Shown: positions 1 through 10,202, counted from the first letter of the stretch. The stretch: 40,279 nt of DNA from an uncultured Chloroflexia bacterium (GCA_963766735.1 CAVYBU010000009.1:1-40279), one strand, 5' to 3'. A program made the numbers and translations. The notes: generated by a model from the letters alone, not told the origin.

Positions 1-42
1 AAGGCTGGCCATCGCCCAGGGCAACACGAGGCGCTCATCGCG

Positions 43-153
43 GTGACCCGGGACGGCGGGCGGGACTTGACCCTGACCATCCGGCTGACCCTGCACCACG
101 CGCTGGCCATGGTTCGCTGTGAAGACCGCGAGCGGGCGCGAGCGACAGACTGA
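43..153 (+). pseudogene. 5' remnant of a paralog of the membrane protein at 3966-4745
   Basis: nt 73-117 match 4005-4049 at 38/45 (LTIRLTLHHALAMVR vs LTIRLILHEALAMFR); the frame stops at 151-153. Confidence 0.6.
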
Positions 154-308
154 TTGGGTCGATCCCGAGGACGTGGGCACTGCCATTCGGTGTCCTTCGT
201 ATCCGCGCTGGTCCTCCATGACCACGACACTTCCCTGGATCTCGACTGTCGTGCTTGATCTGCGACGTCGATCGCGAAGCACATGCGAGCCAGTGAGGAG
301 CACAGCTC

Positions 309-590
309 ATGAACGATCAAGCGGCAACGACCGCTCAGACTGACGCCCGCACGCCGTCGTTGGCGGCCTCGCTGTTCGTGGTGGGCGTCATGGTCGGGCT
401 CATCCTGTTCTCGGTCATCCAGTTCGGTAGCGAGGTGGCGGACGGCCCACTGCAGGTCAGCATGACCCTCGCCACCCTCGTCGCGCTCGGGGTGGCCTAC
501 GCCTATGGCCATCGTGGAGCGGTGATCAGCGAAGCGGTCCAGAAGAGCATCAGCGGCACGCTCGGCACGATGATGGTGCTGCTGGCCATA
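309..590 (+). pseudogene. N-terminal fragment of an NhaC-family Na+/H+ antiporter-like transporter
   Basis: RBS GAGGAG then ATG; hydrophobic helices ending ...ISGTLGTMMVLLAI; the frame becomes non-protein-like after ~590. Confidence 0.55.
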
Positions 591-873
591 CCTCGCCGCC
601 CTGGGCGTGGGGCTCGCCGGAGCCTTGTTGTCCACCGCCCAGGGCACGCCAACCAGCGTCTACACGGGTGTCGCCATCCTGCCGCTCGTGCCCGGGCTGA
701 CCCTCTACCAGGGCATGCTCGCGATCTCGCAGGGCAAGACCGCGGTCGCCTTCGAGAGGCTCTTCGAGGCCGTCGTCATCTCGGTCGCCATTGCCGTTGG
801 GGTTGCCGTGGGTCTCGCTCTCGGTCGGAATGGCGTCAAGCTCGGCCGACGGATCGTCGGGTGGCGCCCCTGA
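589..873 (+). pseudogene. C-terminal fragment of a ThrE-family threonine/serine exporter
   Basis: YLAALGVGLAG...PTSVYTGVAILPLVPGLTLYQGM (ThrE-type PLVPG..Y motif); no N-terminus. Confidence 0.65.
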
Positions 874-1029
874 GCCAGGCGCCGTCGGGGGTGTCCGTGG
901 TCGCCACCGCGAGCGCGGTCAAGGAGGCGGCCAAGGCGGCCGGAGACCCGACGCCCGGCTGACTCACCGGCGCCGCGCTCCGAGCATGCCGATCCGGGCT
1001 CGCAGCGCAGGCGGCGCCGGCGGTGGAGC

Positions 1030-2826
1030 TCAGGAGGAACCCGGCTCGGGCACGGCCTCCTCCGGAGGCAATGGGCGTTTCGCGTCCCATCCGGAGCCGT
1101 GCTTTGCGATGAAGTCGGCCGCGCCGGTATCCACCGAGGGATACACCCGATCGGGTCCGACCAGCTCCACGATGCCCGAGATCCGGAGGGCGTCCATCAA
1201 CCGCCCATTGCCTTCTGCCACCGCGAAGGTGACCCCGCGGTCCCGCAACGAGACGACCAGGTCGTGCAGCGCAGACGTCCCCGTGAAGTCGGCATCGCTC
1301 GTGGCCTCCGCATCGAAGAGGACCCAGCTCACCGGCGAGTCGGCGGCGTCGACGAGGTCCTTGACCTGCCCCGTGAACCCCTGGGCGTTGCCAAAGAACA
1401 GGGCGCTCTCCCAGCGGACGACCAGCAGACCCGGCACCGTCCGGCCACTCGGCAGGCGCTTGACATTCTGCCAGGCATCCTGGGTGTCGCTGCGGGCGAG
1501 CACGACAAGGCGCGTCCGCGCCGCCGTCATGAGCACGGCGAACAGCGACAGCCCCACGGCGATCACGATGCCCGGCAGCAACCCGTACACCAACGCGGCG
1601 ACGAAGGCGACGACACCTGTCCAGAAGTCGATCCGCTGCTGCCGGGCCATGGCCCGGAACGTCGCCAGATCGAACAGGCTGATCCCGGCCGAGATTACGA
1701 CCGCGGCCAGCGCCGCTGACGGCAGTGGCGCCAGGACCGTGGAGAAGAAGACCAGGATGATGCCGATCACCACCACGCCGACCAGGTTGGCCACCTGCGA
1801 TCGCCCGCCGGCCGACTCAGCCACAGCGGTCCGGGAGTCGCTGGCCGAGACCGACAGGCCGCCGACCAGGCCCGAGAAGGCGCTGGCGGCACCGAGGCCC
1901 AGCAGATCCTTGTTGGCGTCGACGCGATAGTGGCTGCGCTCGGCGAACACTGTCGAGGTGACCGTGGTGTCGGCGAAGCCCATGATGGCAACCGCGAAGG
2001 CGGGCAGCAGCAGCAGCCCGAGGTCGCCCATGGCGTCGATTGGCAAGGCGATCGCCGGAAGTCCGGGCGGCAGGTCCCCGACGACCGCCAGGCCGGCGGA
2101 CTGCAGGTCCAGGGCGGCGGAGGCGACCAGGGCGATGACGACAGCGACCAGCGTACCGGGGATCTTCGGGGCGATCCGCTTCAGGCCAAAGATGATCGCG
2201 AGACAGCCCACGCCCACGACCACGGACAGCGCCTGCGCGTCGCCGAGGTGGGTGACCATCTCGAACGCCTTCGGGATGATGCCCTCCGCCTCGGTGTCAA
2301 TCCCCAGGAGCTTCGGAGCCTGGTCCACGAGGATGGTGACCGCCAGGGCATTGAGGTAGCCGATGAGCACCGGCTTGGAGATGAAGCTGGCGATGATCCC
2401 GGCCTTGGCGAGCCCGGCCAGCATCAGGATCCCGCCTGCGATGAGCGCGATCGCGGCCGCAGTTCCGGTCAGGACGTCGACCGCGGCGCCGGCACCGACG
2501 ATCGACACGAGGGCCGCGGCCACGATCGTCGAGGTGGACGAGTCGGGGCCGACGACGAGTTGCCGCGAGGAGCCGAGCAGCGAGTAGCCGATGATGGCGG
2601 CCATCGTCGCGTAGAGGCCGGCCTCGGGCGGCAGTCCGGCCAGCGTCGCGTAGGCCATCCCCTGGGGCACCATCACCACGCCAAGGGCGATCCCGGCGAC
2701 CATGTCGCGGCGGATCCAGCTTCTCTGGAAGCCCGCTCGCCACGGCATCAGCCAACCCGACCACGCCGAGCCTGGCCTGCGCTCGCCCACTCTCGACTCA
2801 GCGGCCACGTCAACCTCCTGCGACAA
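1030..2826 (-). CDS. SulP/SLC26 anion permease with C-terminal STAS domain
   Basis: 598 aa; DMVAGIALGVVMVPQGMAYATLAGLPPEAGLY and GSSRQLVVGPDS motifs; STAS signatures LFFGNA and DFTG. Confidence 0.95.
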   Translation of the reverse strand: MSQEVDVAAESRVGERRPGSAWSGWLMPWRAGFQRSWIRRDMVAGIALGVVMVPQGMAYATLAGLPPEAGLYATMAAIIGYSLLGSSRQLVVGPDSSTSTIVAAALVSIVGAGAAVDVLTGTAAAIALIAGGILMLAGLAKAGIIASFISKPVLIGYLNALAVTILVDQAPKLLGIDTEAEGIIPKAFEMVTHLGDAQALSVVVGVGCLAIIFGLKRIAPKIPGTLVAVVIALVASAALDLQSAGLAVVGDLPPGLPAIALPIDAMGDLGLLLLPAFAVAIMGFADTTVTSTVFAERSHYRVDANKDLLGLGAASAFSGLVGGLSVSASDSRTAVAESAGGRSQVANLVGVVVIGIILVFFSTVLAPLPSAALAAVVISAGISLFDLATFRAMARQQRIDFWTGVVAFVAALVYGLLPGIVIAVGLSLFAVLMTAARTRLVVLARSDTQDAWQNVKRLPSGRTVPGLLVVRWESALFFGNAQGFTGQVKDLVDAADSPVSWVLFDAEATSDADFTGTSALHDLVVSLRDRGVTFAVAEGNGRLMDALRISGIVELVGPDRVYPSVDTGAADFIAKHGSGWDAKRPLPPEEAVPEPGSS

Positions 2827-3009
2827 GGTTCCGGAAGGAGACCCGGCCCCTGCGGCCGGCCTGGTGGGCTCCTGTTGGACGGCGGATCCCGCGGCCGACA
2901 GCGGCCACGCCCGCGTTCCACTCAGCGTCGAGCGCGACCCGGGAGTCCCGACGGAGCGCCCTCAAGGCAAACGCGATTGCGCTCCCCGGGTGGGTGCGGC
3001 CGAAACGCG

Positions 3010-3046
3010 GCGGGGCGGGGCACACAGATGGCGTGCCCCGCCCCGC
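3010..3046 (-). terminator. GC-rich stem-loop downstream of the DUF1269 gene
   Basis: perfect 14-bp stem GCGGGGCGGGGCAC/GTGCCCCGCCCCGC with a 9-nt loop, just past the stop at 3060. Confidence 0.6.
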
Positions 3047-3059
3047 GATCGTGGTGCCG

Positions 3060-3680
3060 TCAGCCGGCCTGCTTGGCGGCCTCCTTGATGGACTTCGCGG
3101 AGGCATCGGAGACGCCGGCGCTGCGGACCTTGGTGGCCGCCGGCATGGCCTTCTTGACCGCGTCGACATCGGACGCTTCGACGAGCGCGAGGATGCCCGA
3201 CTGGTTGGGCCCAAGGGCTCCGGCCAGGGCGCCGCCCACTTCGGACTTGTGGAGCTCGTTGCGGAGCTTGCCGAGCGCGCCACCGACCGCACCCCAGGCG
3301 ACGGTGCTGGCGATGATGCTGGGCGGGAAGATGATGCCGAGCACGAGCCCGCCAACGGCGCCCCACTTGACGCCCGTCTTGGTGGCGTGGTCGGTCATCT
3401 TCTGGATGTGGACCTTGCTGTCCGCGTCGGTCTTGATGACAAGGACGCCGTCAACCGTGGCCTGGCCGGCCGTCTCCGCGTCCTGCAGGGCCTGGTACGC
3501 CGCCATGGCTGCCGTATCGTCGGCAAACGCCGCAACCACCACGGCGTAGTCGTAGTCGGTCACAACGGCACCGACCGCCTGAACACCGGAGTCATCGCCG
3601 ATCGCGCCCACCACAGTGGCGCCGGTGTCGTCGGCCTCTGCGGCCACCACTGCGTCCTGAGCCCCCTGGTCGTCTGTCAT
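3060..3680 (-). CDS. DUF1269-family membrane-associated protein
   Basis: glycine-zipper hairpin GVKWGAVGGLVLGIIFPPSIIASTVAWGAVGGALG, then LGPNQSGILAL; RBS GAGGTG. Confidence 0.8.
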   Translation of the reverse strand: MTDDQGAQDAVVAAEADDTGATVVGAIGDDSGVQAVGAVVTDYDYAVVVAAFADDTAAMAAYQALQDAETAGQATVDGVLVIKTDADSKVHIQKMTDHATKTGVKWGAVGGLVLGIIFPPSIIASTVAWGAVGGALGKLRNELHKSEVGGALAGALGPNQSGILALVEASDVDAVKKAMPAATKVRSAGVSDASAKSIKEAAKQAG

Positions 3681-3965
3681 AGGTGACACCTCAATCTGCG
3701 TCCATTCCCGCGAAGACCGGGTGCGGACGCCAAACCCAGCCGACGAATTCTACCCAATGTCCCGCCGGGACACGACCAATGGCACTGCTGCGACGATGAC
3801 CCTCGCCCAAGCGCAGCTCCGCGGTCCGCGCGAGCCCGATCAGTTGCGGGGTCCCGCGAGCGGCACGCCGATCGAGCGCATATGGGAGAAGACCGCGGCC
3901 ACGGCCATGTGGCGATCCTCGAACTGGAGTCACAGTCCCACGGGCCCTCGTGCGATCATCGCGGC

Positions 3966-4745
3966 GTGATCCACGACCCTCTCCAACGGGCAGCCCAAGG
4001 CCCGCTGACCATCCGGCTGATCCTTCACGAAGCCCTGGCCATGTTCCGCCTCGGCTACCTGCGGGTGGCCCTGGTGGCCCTGCTCCTGTTCGTGCCGCCC
4101 GCGGTCCTGGCCGTGCTGCTCGAGGGGATCACGGAGGAGCAGCTGGACCTGCCATTCGGCGTCGGGGTGTTGCTCGCGATGGCGATCGGGGGCCTGTTCC
4201 GCCTCTTGGGCCCGGTCGTCTTCGCCGGCTACCTCGACGAGGCTGTGGGCAGCGAGTACTTCAAGGGTCATCGCCAACGGCTGCCAGAGGTGCTGCGGTC
4301 GCTGCCCTGGGTCTCGCTCCTCGTGGCCGACGTGATCGTGGTCGTCGGCGCGTCCATCGGACTCGCGCTGCTGGTGATCCCCGGGATCGCCTTCTACGCG
4401 GCCTTCGGGCTGGTCGGTCCGGTCATGGTCCAGGAGCGCCGCGGGATCCGTCCGTCGTTCGTGCGCACGCTGCAGATCAGCCGGACCGCCGTGATCCCGG
4501 TCGTCCTCCTGGTCATCGTGCCGCTGGCGGCCGAGCAGGTGATCCACGAGGCCGCCTACCGCGTTGCGCACGAGGAGGCGGTCCTGGTCCGGATCCTCGT
4601 GGAATGGCTGGTCGCGGCCATCGTCGGTGGTGCGGTTGGCCTGCTGGAGGTTGCGCTCGCCACGGAGCTCATGGCGCGCAACCCGATGCCAGCGGTCCAG
4701 CCCGACTCGGCAGTCGCCGGCGCCGAGCGGGAGCGATCCGCCTAG
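3966..4745 (+). CDS. polytopic membrane protein of unknown function
   Basis: about 6 TM segments, LLVIPG motif, PVMVQERRGIRPSFVRT; GTG start chosen from a -10-like GATCAT 6 nt upstream. Confidence 0.75.
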   Translation: MIHDPLQRAAQGPLTIRLILHEALAMFRLGYLRVALVALLLFVPPAVLAVLLEGITEEQLDLPFGVGVLLAMAIGGLFRLLGPVVFAGYLDEAVGSEYFKGHRQRLPEVLRSLPWVSLLVADVIVVVGASIGLALLVIPGIAFYAAFGLVGPVMVQERRGIRPSFVRTLQISRTAVIPVVLLVIVPLAAEQVIHEAAYRVAHEEAVLVRILVEWLVAAIVGGAVGLLEVALATELMARNPMPAVQPDSAVAGAERERSA

Positions 4746-4775
4746 CTCGCGAGGCCGGCGGATACCCGCCGCGGG

Positions 4776-6137
4776 TCACCGGGCGTCGGCGGCCACCCGT
4801 CCGTCCGCGATCGCTGTCTTGAGCGCGCCATAGTCGAGATCGTTCTGGTTCGCATACGCCTCGGCGAAGTCCGCGACCGCGCCATCGAACGTGTCGCTGT
4901 TGCCGAGGTAGCCGGCGATCAGGGCCGGCTCACCGGAACGTGCATGAGCCCGGGCGAGGGTCCAGCCGCAGGCCTTGGCGTAGCGGACAAGTCCAGGGGG
5001 ATCGAGCCGGGCAACGTCGACGCCCACCTTCCAGTCGCGCATCTGGCGGACGTAGAACGCCGGCTGTCCGGATGCTCCCAGCCAGCCGAGGAAGATGTCG
5101 CTGGCCGCCTGCATCACACGCTGGCCCTGCACCACCCGCTCCCCGGGCCAGCGGAACTCGCTCCTATCGAGAAACTGCTCGAGGACGGATGCCTGCGCTT
5201 CCTTCACCTGCAGGACGAGGAGGTCATCGTCCGTACGGCCCCGCATCAGCACGATGAACGCGCGAAGCCCGACGCTCCCGACGCCGACCACCTTGTGGGC
5301 GATGTCGAGGACCTGGTAGCGGTCGAGCAGCCGCCGGCGCTCGAGCGGGAGCGTCCTGCGGTAGAGGCGCGTCGCCTTCTCGACCGTGTCCTTGAGATCC
5401 TCCTGGTCCACGCCCGGCAGCTCGCCCAGCCGGTAGAGCAGCGGTGGCTGGTTGCGGAGCCGCAGGGTGCCCTGCACGCGTTCCGTCAGCTTGCCGATGG
5501 GGCGCAGGGGGTCCTCGGTGGTCACGTGACGAACCCCTTCGGCGAAGCCCTTGCGTTGGGCCTTTGGAAGAGCAGCCTGGATCGCCGAGCTGGTGAGGCG
5601 CGCGTACCAGGTCGTGAGGTACGGATCGGCTGCGAACCGGCTCATCGCCGACCGGTAGGTGGCGACCAGCGCCAGCACGTTCCTCCGGTCGTCCCCGGAC
5701 GTGAAGCCATTGCTCCGGCCTGCGATGACGAAGCTCGCCGCGAGCCGCTTGACGTCCCACTCGAAGGGCCCCGGGAGCGTCTCGTCGAAATCGTTGACGT
5801 CGAAGACGAGGTTCCGCTCCGGCGTCGCGTACCCGCCGAAGTTGACGAGGTGCGCGTCGCCGCAGAGCTGGGCGCGGATGCCCGTTGCCGGTAGCGTCGC
5901 GAGGTCCTCCGCCATGATCGCCGCTGCGCCGCGGTAGAAGGCGAACGCCGACTCGGACATGCGGCTGTAGCGAATGGGCACGAGCGCGGTGACCCTCGTG
6001 GCTGCCTGCGCCTCGAGGATCGCGACGGGATTCCTCCGGCTGTCCGGCGGCGACCAGGCGGCGTGCGCCGACCTGGGGACCCGCTGACGCCGCTCACGAC
6101 CTTGGTCGAGCTCGCCCTGGGTGGTGTTGCCTGCCAT
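4776..6137 (-). CDS. DUF2252 family protein (kinase-like fold)
   Basis: LVPIRYSRMSESAFAFYRGAA, CGDAHLVNFG, FDVNDFDET, KVVGVGSVG, LQVKEA, LARAHARSG; the upstream extension of the 815-aa ORF is spurious. Confidence 0.93.
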   Translation of the reverse strand: MAGNTTQGELDQGRERRQRVPRSAHAAWSPPDSRRNPVAILEAQAATRVTALVPIRYSRMSESAFAFYRGAAAIMAEDLATLPATGIRAQLCGDAHLVNFGGYATPERNLVFDVNDFDETLPGPFEWDVKRLAASFVIAGRSNGFTSGDDRRNVLALVATYRSAMSRFAADPYLTTWYARLTSSAIQAALPKAQRKGFAEGVRHVTTEDPLRPIGKLTERVQGTLRLRNQPPLLYRLGELPGVDQEDLKDTVEKATRLYRRTLPLERRRLLDRYQVLDIAHKVVGVGSVGLRAFIVLMRGRTDDDLLVLQVKEAQASVLEQFLDRSEFRWPGERVVQGQRVMQAASDIFLGWLGASGQPAFYVRQMRDWKVGVDVARLDPPGLVRYAKACGWTLARAHARSGEPALIAGYLGNSDTFDGAVADFAEAYANQNDLDYGALKTAIADGRVAADAR

Positions 6138-6226
6138 GCTCCCCATCTCCCGTTGCGGCCCGCCGCCCGTGGCGCCGTCCCTGGCGGCGCCGAGTCGACA
6201 GCGCCATTGTGGGCGCCGCTCAGCCG

Positions 6227-7027
6227 TCAGGACAGCCCGAGTGCCACGAGGATGCCCTGACCGGCGACCGCGAGGGCGATCGTCAGGACGAGGAAGCCCG
6301 CCAGGGATGCTGTGAGGAAGCGCACGAAGGACAGGCCCATGGTCGCGGCGCTCACGGTCGCGAAGGTCGTGAGCGGGTTCGGGACGACACTCAGCGCGAA
6401 GATGATCCGCTGCGGGTGCGTTGCCATGCGCCCGGTGACGGCCGCTTGCCCGTGGACGAGCATGGCCCTCGACCGGGCGACGATGCGATTGGGTGGCTTC
6501 GCCCCAGGCGTCGCGCCGTCCGGCAGCGTCCCTGCATCGTCGAGCGTCGAACGCTCGTCTCCCCCTTGCCGGTGGTGCCCGTGCCCCTCCAGGCGGCGGC
6601 GCTTCCCGATCCGGGTGGCCAGGAAGTAGGAGCTCTGGCCGAGGGCCATCGCCAGCGCGGCGGTCAGGGCCACGATCGGTGCGGCCAGGATCGTGCTCTG
6701 CTGCACGATCATGACCCAGCTGAGCGGGCGAGCGCCCGGGACCGGAACGAGCGCACCCCCGGCGCCGACCCAGCACACCACCATGACCCCGATGTAGGCG
6801 AGCACGCCCGCATCGATCGCGAAACCGACCACGCGCGCAATCGTCGAGGTCGCGACGAGCCCGACAGCCACGAGGACGGCGACCGCCGCGATGCGGCGGC
6901 GGACCGTGGTCGGCCATCGATCCAGCACCCAGGTGTGGGCCCGGTCCACCATCCCCGGCGTCGGCTCGTCGATCGACGCCGCCTGAGCGATCGACGCCGG
7001 CTCGTCGGTCGGCCTGGTGCTCGTCAT
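6227..7027 (-). CDS. DedA/VTT-like membrane protein
   Basis: LVPVPG, ALGQSSYFLA, FALSVVPNPL..ATVSAATMGLSFVRFL; probably leaderless (TACACT-6nt-ATG). Confidence 0.75.
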   Translation of the reverse strand: MTSTRPTDEPASIAQAASIDEPTPGMVDRAHTWVLDRWPTTVRRRIAAVAVLVAVGLVATSTIARVVGFAIDAGVLAYIGVMVVCWVGAGGALVPVPGARPLSWVMIVQQSTILAAPIVALTAALAMALGQSSYFLATRIGKRRRLEGHGHHRQGGDERSTLDDAGTLPDGATPGAKPPNRIVARSRAMLVHGQAAVTGRMATHPQRIIFALSVVPNPLTTFATVSAATMGLSFVRFLTASLAGFLVLTIALAVAGQGILVALGLS

Positions 7028-7262
7028 CAGCGGAGTGTAGCCAGTGGTGACCCGGCGCCAACCGTGTTCGCGTACCTCTCCGGCGGCATCCCGCCTCCCG
7101 TGGCGAGCCGATCGCGTCGGCCGGACCGCGGGCCGTCGCCCGGCTGGGTCCGGCGCAAGCCCAATCCCCGGCCGCGTCCCTCACTCGTCGACTCGAAAAG
7201 ATGGCGGTCGCTACAGTAGCCAACGCACGGAGGCATCCTGCCGGTACTGAGGGCTACATCAA

Positions 7263-9458
7263 ATGGCAGTTGAACGCGAGGGGCAGACGGGCGACGCCGC
7301 CGCCCAGACCGGTAGCCCACTGCTCCTGGGCACGTCCGGTGGTGCGGTTCCTCCCTGGCTGGCGACGCTCGCCGGCTTCTCCTGGCGGGTCGTGGCCGTC
7401 GTCGCCCTGTTCCTGGTCCTGCTCGCCCTCGCCGTCCTGCAGTCCACCGTGGTGGCGACCATCCTGGTCGCCTTCCTCGTGGCGGCCTTCTTCGCGCCGC
7501 TCGACGGACAGCTCCGGTCGCGTGGCTGGGCTCCAACCAAGGCGGCGTCCGTGACGAGCGTCGTCGCGCTGCTCGGCGTGCTCGGGACCACCCTGCTCAT
7601 CATCCTGGGCATGGCGCCGGCCATCGCTGAGATCGTCCGGTACGGCAAGGAAGGGGCAGACATCCTGTCGCAGCGGCTGCAGGAGCTCGGCTTCTCATCG
7701 ACCGCGATCGCCTTCGCCACCGGGTTCATGGACAGCTTCGAGCGGTGGATCGCCGCCGTCGTCGACGCCACGGTCAACCGGATCGGCGACATCGGCACCG
7801 TCTTCATCCTCGGCGGGTTCCTGACGTTCTACGTGCTCCAGTCCGGCGACCGCGCCTGGGGCGGCATCGCCCGCGGGCTCGCTGGCTCGCACTACGACGA
7901 TCTCACGGCGCGGGCCGGCCTCGCGCTCGCGCGCGTGAGCAGCTACCTGCGCGGAACGCTCCTGATGGCGGCGATCGACGCGCTCACCGCCCTCGTCCTG
8001 CTCCAGGTGCTCGGGGTGCCGCTCGCCGCGCCGCTTGCGGTGCTCGTGTTCATCGGTGGGACCATCCCGTACCTCGGCGCGATCTTCACGGTCGGCCTGC
8101 TGGTGCTCGTTGCCTGGGCAGCCCAGGGCCTCGATGCGGCGATCATCCTTCTCGTCGGGCTCGTGGCGGTCAACATCTTGCAGTCGCTGGTCGTGAGCCC
8201 GCGTGTCTTCGGATCCATTCCGCGGATCTCGCCCGCCCTCATCATCATCGCGCTCCCGGCAGGGGCAACGCTGTTCGGCATCCTCGGCCTCGTCGCCGCC
8301 GTACCCGTCGTCGTGGTGGTGTCCACGCTGCTGACCACGGTCATCGACATGCTCGACGACGACCCGCCCGAGGACCGCGGCGCGACGCTCATCCCGGTGT
8401 GGCTCGACCGCCTCGCGCAATGGAGCTGGCGTGCGGTCGCCGTGGTCGCCGCGGGCGCTGCGATCATCACCGCGATGCTCCAGGTCCCCATCGTGACCCT
8501 GCCGGCGATCCTCGCGGCCGTCCTCGCCGCCACGCTCCGGCCCCTCCTTGCCAGGCTTCGGTCCGCCGGGGTTGGGCCCACCGCGGCACCGGCCATCGCC
8601 ACCCTCGGGAGCGCGGCCATCGTCGGCCTGGTCGTCGGAATCACGCTGGTGTCGATCTCCGGGTCGGCCGACGATATCGTGGCGCGGGCGTCCGAAGGCG
8701 CCGGCAAGACGGGCCTCGGCAGCACGCCGGTCGATCTCGTCGGCAATGTCGGGTCCACGATTTCGTCAAACGTGGGACTGCTCATCCAGAACCTGCTCGG
8801 GGTCGTGCTGGCCTTCCTGATGGTGATGTTCATCACCTTCTTCCTGCTCCGCGACGGTCCACGCTGGCTGCAAGTCATCCTGGCCCGCGTGCCGGATGGC
8901 CGGAAACAACCAGTCGCCTCCATCGTGGGCAACAGCGCCGACATCCTCAGCGGCTACATGGTGGGAACGGGCCTGATCTCCCTGTTCGCCGGGGTGACCG
9001 CGTGGCTGATGATGGTGCTGCTCGGGCTGCCGCTCGCGGTGCCGATCGGGGTGCTGACGTTCTTCCTGAGCTTCATCCCCTACATCGGCGATCTCATCGC
9101 GACCGTACTCGCCTTCCTTGTTGCGCTCGCGGTCGGGTCACCGACCGTCGTCCTCATCATGTTGATCTACACGCTGGTCATCAACGTGGTGCAGGGCAAC
9201 ATCGTCGCCCCGCTCGTCTACCGCCGGACCGTCAGCCTGCACCCGGCCATCGTGCTGCTGTCCGCTCCGGCGGGCGCCGCGATCGGCGGGCTGATGGGCA
9301 TGTTCCTGATCGTGCCGTTCCTGGGCATCATCGCGGCGGTGTGGCGCCCGGTGTTGCGCCTGTTCGACCCGACGGCGGAACCGTCCGAGGCGTCCGCTCC
9401 GGCTGACGCAGCCGCACCGGCTGATCCCGCGTCTCCCACCACGGCCAGCGCTGGGTAG
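7263..9458 (+). CDS. AI-2E (TqsA/PerM) family transporter with two tandem AI-2E domains
   Basis: 731 aa; repeats PPWLATLAGFSWR...IPYLGA and PVWLDRLAQWSWR...FIPYIG...LHPAIVLL. Confidence 0.9.
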   Translation: MAVEREGQTGDAAAQTGSPLLLGTSGGAVPPWLATLAGFSWRVVAVVALFLVLLALAVLQSTVVATILVAFLVAAFFAPLDGQLRSRGWAPTKAASVTSVVALLGVLGTTLLIILGMAPAIAEIVRYGKEGADILSQRLQELGFSSTAIAFATGFMDSFERWIAAVVDATVNRIGDIGTVFILGGFLTFYVLQSGDRAWGGIARGLAGSHYDDLTARAGLALARVSSYLRGTLLMAAIDALTALVLLQVLGVPLAAPLAVLVFIGGTIPYLGAIFTVGLLVLVAWAAQGLDAAIILLVGLVAVNILQSLVVSPRVFGSIPRISPALIIIALPAGATLFGILGLVAAVPVVVVVSTLLTTVIDMLDDDPPEDRGATLIPVWLDRLAQWSWRAVAVVAAGAAIITAMLQVPIVTLPAILAAVLAATLRPLLARLRSAGVGPTAAPAIATLGSAAIVGLVVGITLVSISGSADDIVARASEGAGKTGLGSTPVDLVGNVGSTISSNVGLLIQNLLGVVLAFLMVMFITFFLLRDGPRWLQVILARVPDGRKQPVASIVGNSADILSGYMVGTGLISLFAGVTAWLMMVLLGLPLAVPIGVLTFFLSFIPYIGDLIATVLAFLVALAVGSPTVVLIMLIYTLVINVVQGNIVAPLVYRRTVSLHPAIVLLSAPAGAAIGGLMGMFLIVPFLGIIAAVWRPVLRLFDPTAEPSEASAPADAAAPADPASPTTASAG

Positions 9459-9571
9459 CGAGCGGGCGACCCCAGGGCGTTCTCCATGTCCACCCACTCG
9501 GCGACCGGGAGAGCGGCCTCGAAGGCCGTCATCAGGTCTGCCCCGATCAGGCCCCGGCCGCACATGCCGAC

Positions 9572-9774
9572 GCGCCAGCCCGCCGTCGCACCGTCCTTGA
9601 CCCCGTACCAGCACGGCTCGTGCCGGTAGTTGTAGTGGGTCCGGCTGATCACCCCGTAGGGCTTGACCCACACGATCGTCTGGCGCTGCCGAAGCCGATC
9701 CGCTCCAACCCCATCGCCACTGCCAGGACGTTCCGGTCCGCGTACCAGACGTAGGCGACCTCGAGGCTGGGCAC
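9572..9774 (-). pseudogene. internal fragment of a phage-type N4/N6 DNA methyltransferase, frameshifted
   Basis: LEVAYVWYADR...LERIGF / QTIVWVKP..VISRTHYNYRHEPCWYG; both ends missing. Confidence 0.75.
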
Positions 9775-9817
9775 GTTGCCCGCTCGGGGGAGCCACGGTC
9801 GGCGCGAGTTCGCGCTC

Positions 9818-9916
9818 TCACGCCAGCCGCCTCGCCGCGACAAGCCACTCATCCCGGCCCTCGATCGGGATCTCGTAGGTTGCCAACGCGCGCCCGACAC
9901 CTGTCGGGCGCGCCAC
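9818..9916 (-). pseudogene. orphan C-terminal tail spanning att site 1 (putative recombinase tail)
   Basis: VARPTGVGRALATYEIPIEGRDEWLVAARRLA*; homologous to the tail at 32327-32443; its stop overlaps a GTG reading VRARTRADRGSPERAT, like the HTH-A N-terminus. Confidence 0.6.
9888..9915 (+). repeat. att-like site 1: tRNA-Arg 3' end with perfect inverted arm
   Basis: GCGCGCCCGACA-CC-TGTCGGGCGCGC-CA; 12/12 dyad about CC; CCTGTCGGGCGCGCCA equals the 3' end of tRNA-Arg(CCG), e.g. E. coli argX. Confidence 0.85.
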
Positions 9917-10169
9917 CCTCCACCTTCGAATCGGTGGGTTTCCGCGCCCAGGTCCGCCACCCCTGTGCCAACGCGCCCGATGCGCCCAAGTCCGCCTCCC
10001 GCACGGATCGCGCGACCGACACCTTCGAGACCTGTGCGGCACGAGGGCGTGAGGACGGGCCGCCACTTCGTCTTCGGCCACCGAACCGCTTCCCGTGATG
10101 ACGACCCCGCACGTGAGCGCGGGCAGGTGGAGCATGAACCCGGGGGCCTGCGACTTCCGCCGCGACACA

Positions 10170-10202
10170 CAGGATCGCCCGGTCGGAGACCGGGCGATCC
10201 TG
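10170..10202 (-). terminator. stem-loop downstream of the gdh / Cys-rich protein operon
   Basis: perfect 15-bp stem CAGGATCGCCCGGTC-GGA-GACCGGGCGATCCTG. Confidence 0.7.

Noticed and set aside
2960-3010. GGCAAAC suggesting a c-di-GMP-I riboswitch
   Set aside because: Lacks the paired GACGCAAAGC element and has no downstream sense gene
7030-7050. CGGAGTGTAGCCAGTGG resembling a tRNA-Pro 5' end
   Set aside because: No anticodon or T arm follows; better explained as the -10 box of the minus-strand gene
6138-7223. N-terminal extension of the 815-aa DUF2252 ORF
   Set aside because: Off-frame shadow of the VTT gene, with Arg/Pro/Gly-rich composition
9460-9571. Protein-like stretch VGMCGRGLIGADLMTAFEAALPVAEWVDMENAL after the MTase fragment
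   Set aside because: May be a fragment of another gene, but too short to assign
9916-10130. Possible decayed recombinase body right of att1 (and ALPNR right of att2)
   Set aside because: Needs assumed frameshifts and the resemblance is weak; not called without an alignment
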